From assembly GCA_050010515.1 (NCBI GenBank), contig JBEKKX010000020.1, positions 1-44,988 on the forward strand: a stretch of 44,988 nucleotides of DNA. Reading direction: 5' to 3'. Source of the stretch: Candidatus Bathyarchaeia archaeon. GTDB taxonomy: Archaea > Thermoproteota > Bathyarchaeia > Bathyarchaeales > Bathycorpusculaceae. The notes below the pieces were generated by a model. That model was not told where the DNA came from. It saw only the letters and a list, made by a program, of their open reading frames with translations, and made no database searches. Position numbers and translations under genes: made by a program. The stretch's first letter is position 1, and each line of letters opens with the position of its first letter. This document shows positions 40,549 through 44,988 of this stretch, piece after piece.

Positions 40549-40779
40549 CTATGACACCTCGTCCCTCATTTGGTCTAGCATACGCTTTAAGTCAGCAACA
40601 TTGCCCTTTCCAGCACCGCTTCCCGCCAGATCAAAGATGCTCGGGCGCTTCCTTATCACAATCATGCCGTCTTGCTCTACAATCTCTACTTTGGAGCCTG
40701 CTTCTATGCCGAATTTTCTCCGTATTTCCACAGGTATGGTTACCTGTCCCTTCCTCGTGACCACAATCTCACTAGTCAA
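40549..40779 (-). CDS. AbrB/MazE (VapB-like) antitoxin, apparently orphan
   Basis: VTRKGQVTIPVEIRRKFGIEAGSKV; upstream TTTACC-ata-GGTAAA palindrome. Confidence 0.85.
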   Translation of the reverse strand: MTSEIVVTRKGQVTIPVEIRRKFGIEAGSKVEIVEQDGMIVIRKRPSIFDLAGSGAGKGNVADLKRMLDQMRDEVS

Positions 40780-40874
40780 ACTTTACCATAGGTAAAACTT
40801 AAAAAAAGCGCTACTAAAACCTTCACCTCCAACAGTTCCCCTGTTGCCTATAAGGTAAAAACTAAAAAATGAAT

Positions 40875-41549
40875 TTAACTTATCACTGTGCCTACGTTCT
40901 CGCCTTTCACCGCTGCCAAAATATTCTCTGGCTTAAAACCGTTAACAACAATCAACTTCAACCGCCGCCGCTTCAAAACCTTAACGGCTTCAGGATCAAT
41001 AATCTGATGAATCCCAGCCTTATGCTCGCTGTGTTCAAAAATCTTAGGCAAATCATCAAAACCTAAATGATCAAGCTTAACCGCATCCGCATGCTTCCTC
41101 GGGTCTTTATCGTAAATGCCCTCTTGGTCTGTGCCTTTAACCAGCAAATCAGCGTTGATCCGTTCAGCAACTAGCGCTGCAACTGCGTCAGTAGTGATTC
41201 CAGGCTTTAAGCCGCCCATCACAACAATCTTCCCTTCACTTAGGCATTCAGCTGCGTCATCAAGCGTTATAGCCACTTTACTGCAACCAGCTTCGCCTAG
41301 CCTTTTGAGGAAGAGCTGAGCAAACAGTCGTGAAACAGAAATGGCAACCTCATCCTGCGCCTGCATATCCAACCCCAAATCTTTCGCTATACGTATGAAT
41401 TCTCTTGCCAATGCTCCGCCACCAAGCACTACCGCAACCTCGTGGCCTTGAGACTTCACGGTTTTTATCAGGTCAACGTATTTGCTCATTAATTCAGTAT
41501 TAACTGGTGACGCTACTACTGAGCCGCCAATCCGAATAACGATACGCAC
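40875..41549 (-). CDS. pyrH: UMP kinase (archaeal type)
   Basis: IVIRIGGSV, GGGALAR, PGITTDAVAA, GIYDKDP, IIDPEA. Confidence 0.95.
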   Translation of the reverse strand: MRIVIRIGGSVVASPVNTELMSKYVDLIKTVKSQGHEVAVVLGGGALAREFIRIAKDLGLDMQAQDEVAISVSRLFAQLFLKRLGEAGCSKVAITLDDAAECLSEGKIVVMGGLKPGITTDAVAALVAERINADLLVKGTDQEGIYDKDPRKHADAVKLDHLGFDDLPKIFEHSEHKAGIHQIIDPEAVKVLKRRRLKLIVVNGFKPENILAAVKGENVGTVIS

Positions 41550-41940
41550 GATTAATCCATCCTCACTCGCTTACGATACCAAGTTAAATTTAAAGTGTGT
41601 ATTAAGGTAAATGTTTTTCTTTTCGGTTGTTCGTTATTGTTCATCCCCTAAACAACTTAGAGGTTGCTCGTTTCTTGGAATTTGCTTATTGTTGTTGGTG
41701 ATGAAGTATTTTTCTTCTTTCCAGAAATTATAAGGTCTAGGCGATAATTGAGCTTTAAATATCAAATATTGACCCACAGGTTATAAAAAGCCATTTAAAG
41801 ACAAAAAGTCTATCCTAAATACACAAGTTAAAGTATGTATTTAGCCGGCGTCTTTTTAGTCAAGTACTATTTGGGTTTAGCTTTGTATCTTCTCATGGCA
41901 CTGCATAATTGTGTGGGAAAAATATACAAAAATGATTTTT

Positions 41941-42069
41941 CGTGTTGTTTTTTGAAAAGCTTTTTTTAAGTTGCTTTTTTGGTTTAGGGCTTGAATTGTT
42001 TGCAGGTTAAGTGTGTAAAAGTGTGTAAAAGTGCAAAAAAGTGCTAATAAGTGCAGAAAAGTTTGCTAA
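41941..42069 (+). repeat. Leader + 10-bp tandem array element, copy 4 (unit ~AGTGTGTAAA x6)
   Basis: GTTGCTTTTTTGG...TTGAATTGTTTGCAGGTTA then AGT-initiated 10-mers from 42010. Confidence 0.85.
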
Positions 42070-42115
42070 TTAGGTCTTTATTTCAGAGTGGGAATTTTCG
42101 AGTGTTATTTCTTTC

Positions 42116-42254
42116 CTAATTTTTGTTCTGGTTGTTTTGGGTTGCTTTTTTGAGGCAGGGTTTAAATCGTTTGCAGGTTGAGTACACAAAAGTACACAAA
42201 AGGACAAGGAAGTACAAGGAAGTATAAGGAAGTACGAGGAAGTATTTTGGCGTT
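42116..42254 (+). repeat. Leader + 10-bp tandem array element, copy 5 (unit ~AGTACAAGGA x7)
   Basis: Array 42181-42250; close homolog of copy 1. Confidence 0.9.
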
Positions 42255-42450
42255 CCAAAAACCTAAAGAGTCCTTATTGATTCCGAAAGTTCGCCAAGTC
42301 GGAAAAAGTCGCATAAATTCAAATTAGCTTTTGAGCAGCAACGTTCAAAACCAAATTACAAACGGGAAAGCGAATGAGGCTAAATATACCCAAGTTAAAA
42401 ATCTTTAATACACCTCGAGCAGTAGTAAAGACAAGGCTCCAATGATGCAC

Positions 42451-42474
42451 GTTGCCTTGTCCCGATATTACGTG
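42451..42474 (-). repeat. Half-site B (with CACGTAAT core) of the split dispersed motif
   Basis: Reverse complement CACGTAATATCGGGACAAGGCAAC. Confidence 0.8.
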
Positions 42475-42613
42475 ATGTGGAACTGATATTATACTTTCTT
42501 CAATGTAGTTGATATATGGAAACTGTATCATTTGAAAAATAGTGATAAAAAAAACTTAAAGGAAACTTAGCGCAGATAGTTATCCTCTTTTTCATCATAG
42601 CTACTAATTCTTA

Positions 42614-43780
42614 TTACTCTTTATACTCTACGATCTCCTTAGCATTTTCCAATTCTTCCAAAGATTTATCGACCGTAACAAGTTCTCCGACTGCCTTGAT
42701 CATGCTTACTGGGATGCTGATTGTTGGGCTTCCGAACCTCTTCTTCATTCCAAGCCTATTTGCAGCATTATCAGCAAGTTTTACGGTGAGGTACTTTATT
42801 TCCCAAGTTTTGGTGTCAACTCTTGCTCCTTTACCTTCTGTTCCCGCTTCCTCTACCTGCCAACCGTAAAATTCCACTATTTTCTTGATAAGGAAAAGGC
42901 CCAAACCAGTGCCCTTTCCAAAACCTCTTGTAAAAAGCTTCGGTTTCATCTCTGAGGGTATCCCCACTCCATCATCTTCGAAAACGAGTTTAAGCTGCCC
43001 ACCCCTGTCTTCGTAGCTAACTCGGATCTGACTGATTTTCTTCCCGTACTTCAAAGTATTGTCTATTAAATTATGGAAAAGCTCCCTAAGAAGAGAATCA
43101 GCCAGAACGGTCAACCCTGAACATTCATTTGAGATTCTGATTCCTTTCAGATCTGATGCTAAACTGACAGCTTCTCTAAGCGCCCAACCGACATCGATGT
43201 GTTTCGGCTCTTCCGCGCCCAGCATTTCGAAATCTCTGGAAAACTCAAGGATGCTTCTTATTTGCTTAGAAGTATTCTTAATCCTCTCCAAAGCCTGGGT
43301 ATTTCCGCCACTCTTTTTAGCCAAGAAAACGGTGCTATTGATGATTTGCAGTTTGTTTAGGATGTCATGACGAGTCAGCCCGCCTATTACACGGAGTTTT
43401 TCATTCATCAACTCCATTTTTCGATTGTTCTTTTTCAGCTCCTCTTCGTTCTTCTTGCGATTAGATATGTTTCTAACAATATCTACAAAGCCAATGTTCT
43501 CCCCATTTTCATCCCTTAAAAAAGCTACAGTTACCTCAACAGGTACTTCTTCCCCACTTTTTGAAAGCACAAGATACTCACATGTCTTGCCCTGACCCGA
43601 TGATAAAGAATCCAAAGAATCTCGAAACGCCCGCTCTCTGTCGCTTTCAACCAAGAACTCAAGTACATGCTTGCCCAAAAATTCGCTTTTTTCAGTGGCA
43701 CCATACATTTTGAATATCGCGTCGTTTACGTCAGTTATGTAACCGTTCAGGTCTCCAATAATAATGCCGTCGAGAGACAT
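42614..43780 (-). CDS. PAS histidine kinase fused in frame to a PRC-barrel-like C-terminal fragment
   Basis: PAS domain, TRHDILN H-box, NLIDNTLKYG, EDDGVGI, GTGLGL; after GKGAR it continues VDTKTWEIKYL...IPVSMIKAVGELV. Confidence 0.85.
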   Translation of the reverse strand: MSLDGIIIGDLNGYITDVNDAIFKMYGATEKSEFLGKHVLEFLVESDRERAFRDSLDSLSSGQGKTCEYLVLSKSGEEVPVEVTVAFLRDENGENIGFVDIVRNISNRKKNEEELKKNNRKMELMNEKLRVIGGLTRHDILNKLQIINSTVFLAKKSGGNTQALERIKNTSKQIRSILEFSRDFEMLGAEEPKHIDVGWALREAVSLASDLKGIRISNECSGLTVLADSLLRELFHNLIDNTLKYGKKISQIRVSYEDRGGQLKLVFEDDGVGIPSEMKPKLFTRGFGKGTGLGLFLIKKIVEFYGWQVEEAGTEGKGARVDTKTWEIKYLTVKLADNAANRLGMKKRFGSPTISIPVSMIKAVGELVTVDKSLEELENAKEIVEYKE

Positions 43781-44360
43781 CTTTACAGCGCGGAAAACAG
43801 TGCTGATTCTCTTATGACTTTCTGAGCAGACTTAGCCTCTTGGACTACGTTAGTGTTTGTTCTCTCTTCTATGATGCCTACGCGATTAATTTTTTCTTCC
43901 TTGACCGTAGTTAAGTCCGCTCCCGCCCTTGGCGATAAACATGCGTCCTACACATTTATGATTCGAAGATAAATAAAGTTATGAATTCCAACTACTAACC
44001 TCGCCCAACCAATCGCGATGTATTCATTAAACCGTAAGGAGAGGAACTAACGCGCGCTAGGTTGCTTTTTCAGCGTTTTCTTACTGTGGGCGATTTTCCA
44101 GCTGATGGTTCCGAACCCGTTTAAGAGTGTGTAAAAACTCAAATTTAGTTTTGGAAATTGCGCCTTATATCTGAAAAAAACGTCTTGAAGCCCCTCGAAC
44201 CAGCCTTATTTTTCAGGTGGGATGATAATCTTGCCCTATAAAGGGTTGGAGAGCCTAAACATAAAAGAAAACTGCGTCGCAAAGTGGGCAGACGACGTAT
44301 CTTTCCTGTCTTGGCGATCTCAATTCTCGTGTATAACATAAAGATGTTTACGATATGTTC

Positions 44361-44552
44361 TTAATTTTTGTGAAGTTTACTGTTCTGTTCCAATTTGTCG
44401 CTTTGAGCAAGCCAATGGAAGTTGTGCCTGACAGAATCCTTGACGAAGTCTGCCATGCTTCGATATCCCCATTCTGGATGCCTTGACACCATAAACTCTA
44501 TATGCCTCGTCATCTCTTCGGGCAGTTTGATTGTTCTGAACCGATTTGGCAT
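44361..44552 (-). CDS. Ribbon-helix-helix protein
   Basis: RTIKLPEEM...GYRSMADFVKDSVR. Confidence 0.8.
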   Translation of the reverse strand: MPNRFRTIKLPEEMTRHIEFMVSRHPEWGYRSMADFVKDSVRHNFHWLAQSDKLEQNSKLHKN

Positions 44553-44781
44553 CTCAGTCTTCACCGAGCCTAATTGTTTGCTTCTTAACATAATATAGTC
44601 TCAATAGCATATTATATCTTGCGAAGCAACAATATGTATTGCAGTATAATCATATTCTGATTCAGAATTAAGCCAAATTGTTTGCGTTTTCACTCAACAG
44701 TGAAGCATGATAACTCGCATTTTTGAGTCACGTGTGAACACAAAGCTTTTCTCTGGTTCTGTGCTATCTCTTCTCGGCGAT

Positions 44782-44940
44782 ATGTTGAAACAGAGGAAAG
44801 TCATGATTATTCTTTCCCTCCTCGAAGAAAGCAAAGGGAAAACAGACAAAGAATTGCAAAAGGAAGTAATGGAAGGTCTTTCAGGAGTTTACTTTCCCTG
44901 GTGCAAAGGAATAGAAGAGATCAAGATAATAGAAGAGTAA
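44782..44940 (+). CDS. Small hypothetical protein
   Basis: LSLLEES...ELQKEV...FPWCKGIEEIKI; start uncertain. Confidence 0.55.
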   Translation: MLKQRKVMIILSLLEESKGKTDKELQKEVMEGLSGVYFPWCKGIEEIKIIEE

Positions 44941-44988
44941 ATATCAAACACGAGTCATGTTATACGCGGTTTTGAAGCGGCAGAAACA

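Noticed and set aside
42070-42531. ORFs 42070-42258 and 42319-42531
   Set aside because: They run through repeat copy 5 and the B site; no recognisable motifs

Overview
Archaeal chromosomal window, most likely Candidatus Bathyarchaeia (inferred from gene content and lineage-typical small proteins). It is largely accessory. It holds the 3' end of an IS200-family transposase, RHH/AbrB regulators, a Dna2/Cas4-like nuclease-SF1 helicase split by an in-frame TAG, four ABC exporter modules, small redox/metal proteins, a stand-alone wHTH|nurA-herA locus, two damaged toxin-antitoxin pairs, an arsenic cluster (arsR, arsM, two arsC), a PQQ-type beta-propeller, pyrH and a chimeric histidine kinase. Three things are not explained by the gene calls. 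(1) Five copies of a non-coding element: a conserved ~60-bp T/G-rich leader ending TTGTTTGCAGGTTG, then 6-8 tandem ~10-bp units whose sequence differs between loci. (2) A split, recombination-site-like motif (…ACTTCAACACGTAAT|ATCGGGACAAGGCAGC) found in reassorted combinations around cassette-like genes. (3) A solitary gene resembling an HK97-fold capsid/encapsulin inside one such cassette. Many genes carry single inactivating lesions. No rRNA, complete tRNA or CRISPR array was seen. All calls come from reading motifs by eye; no database searches were run.
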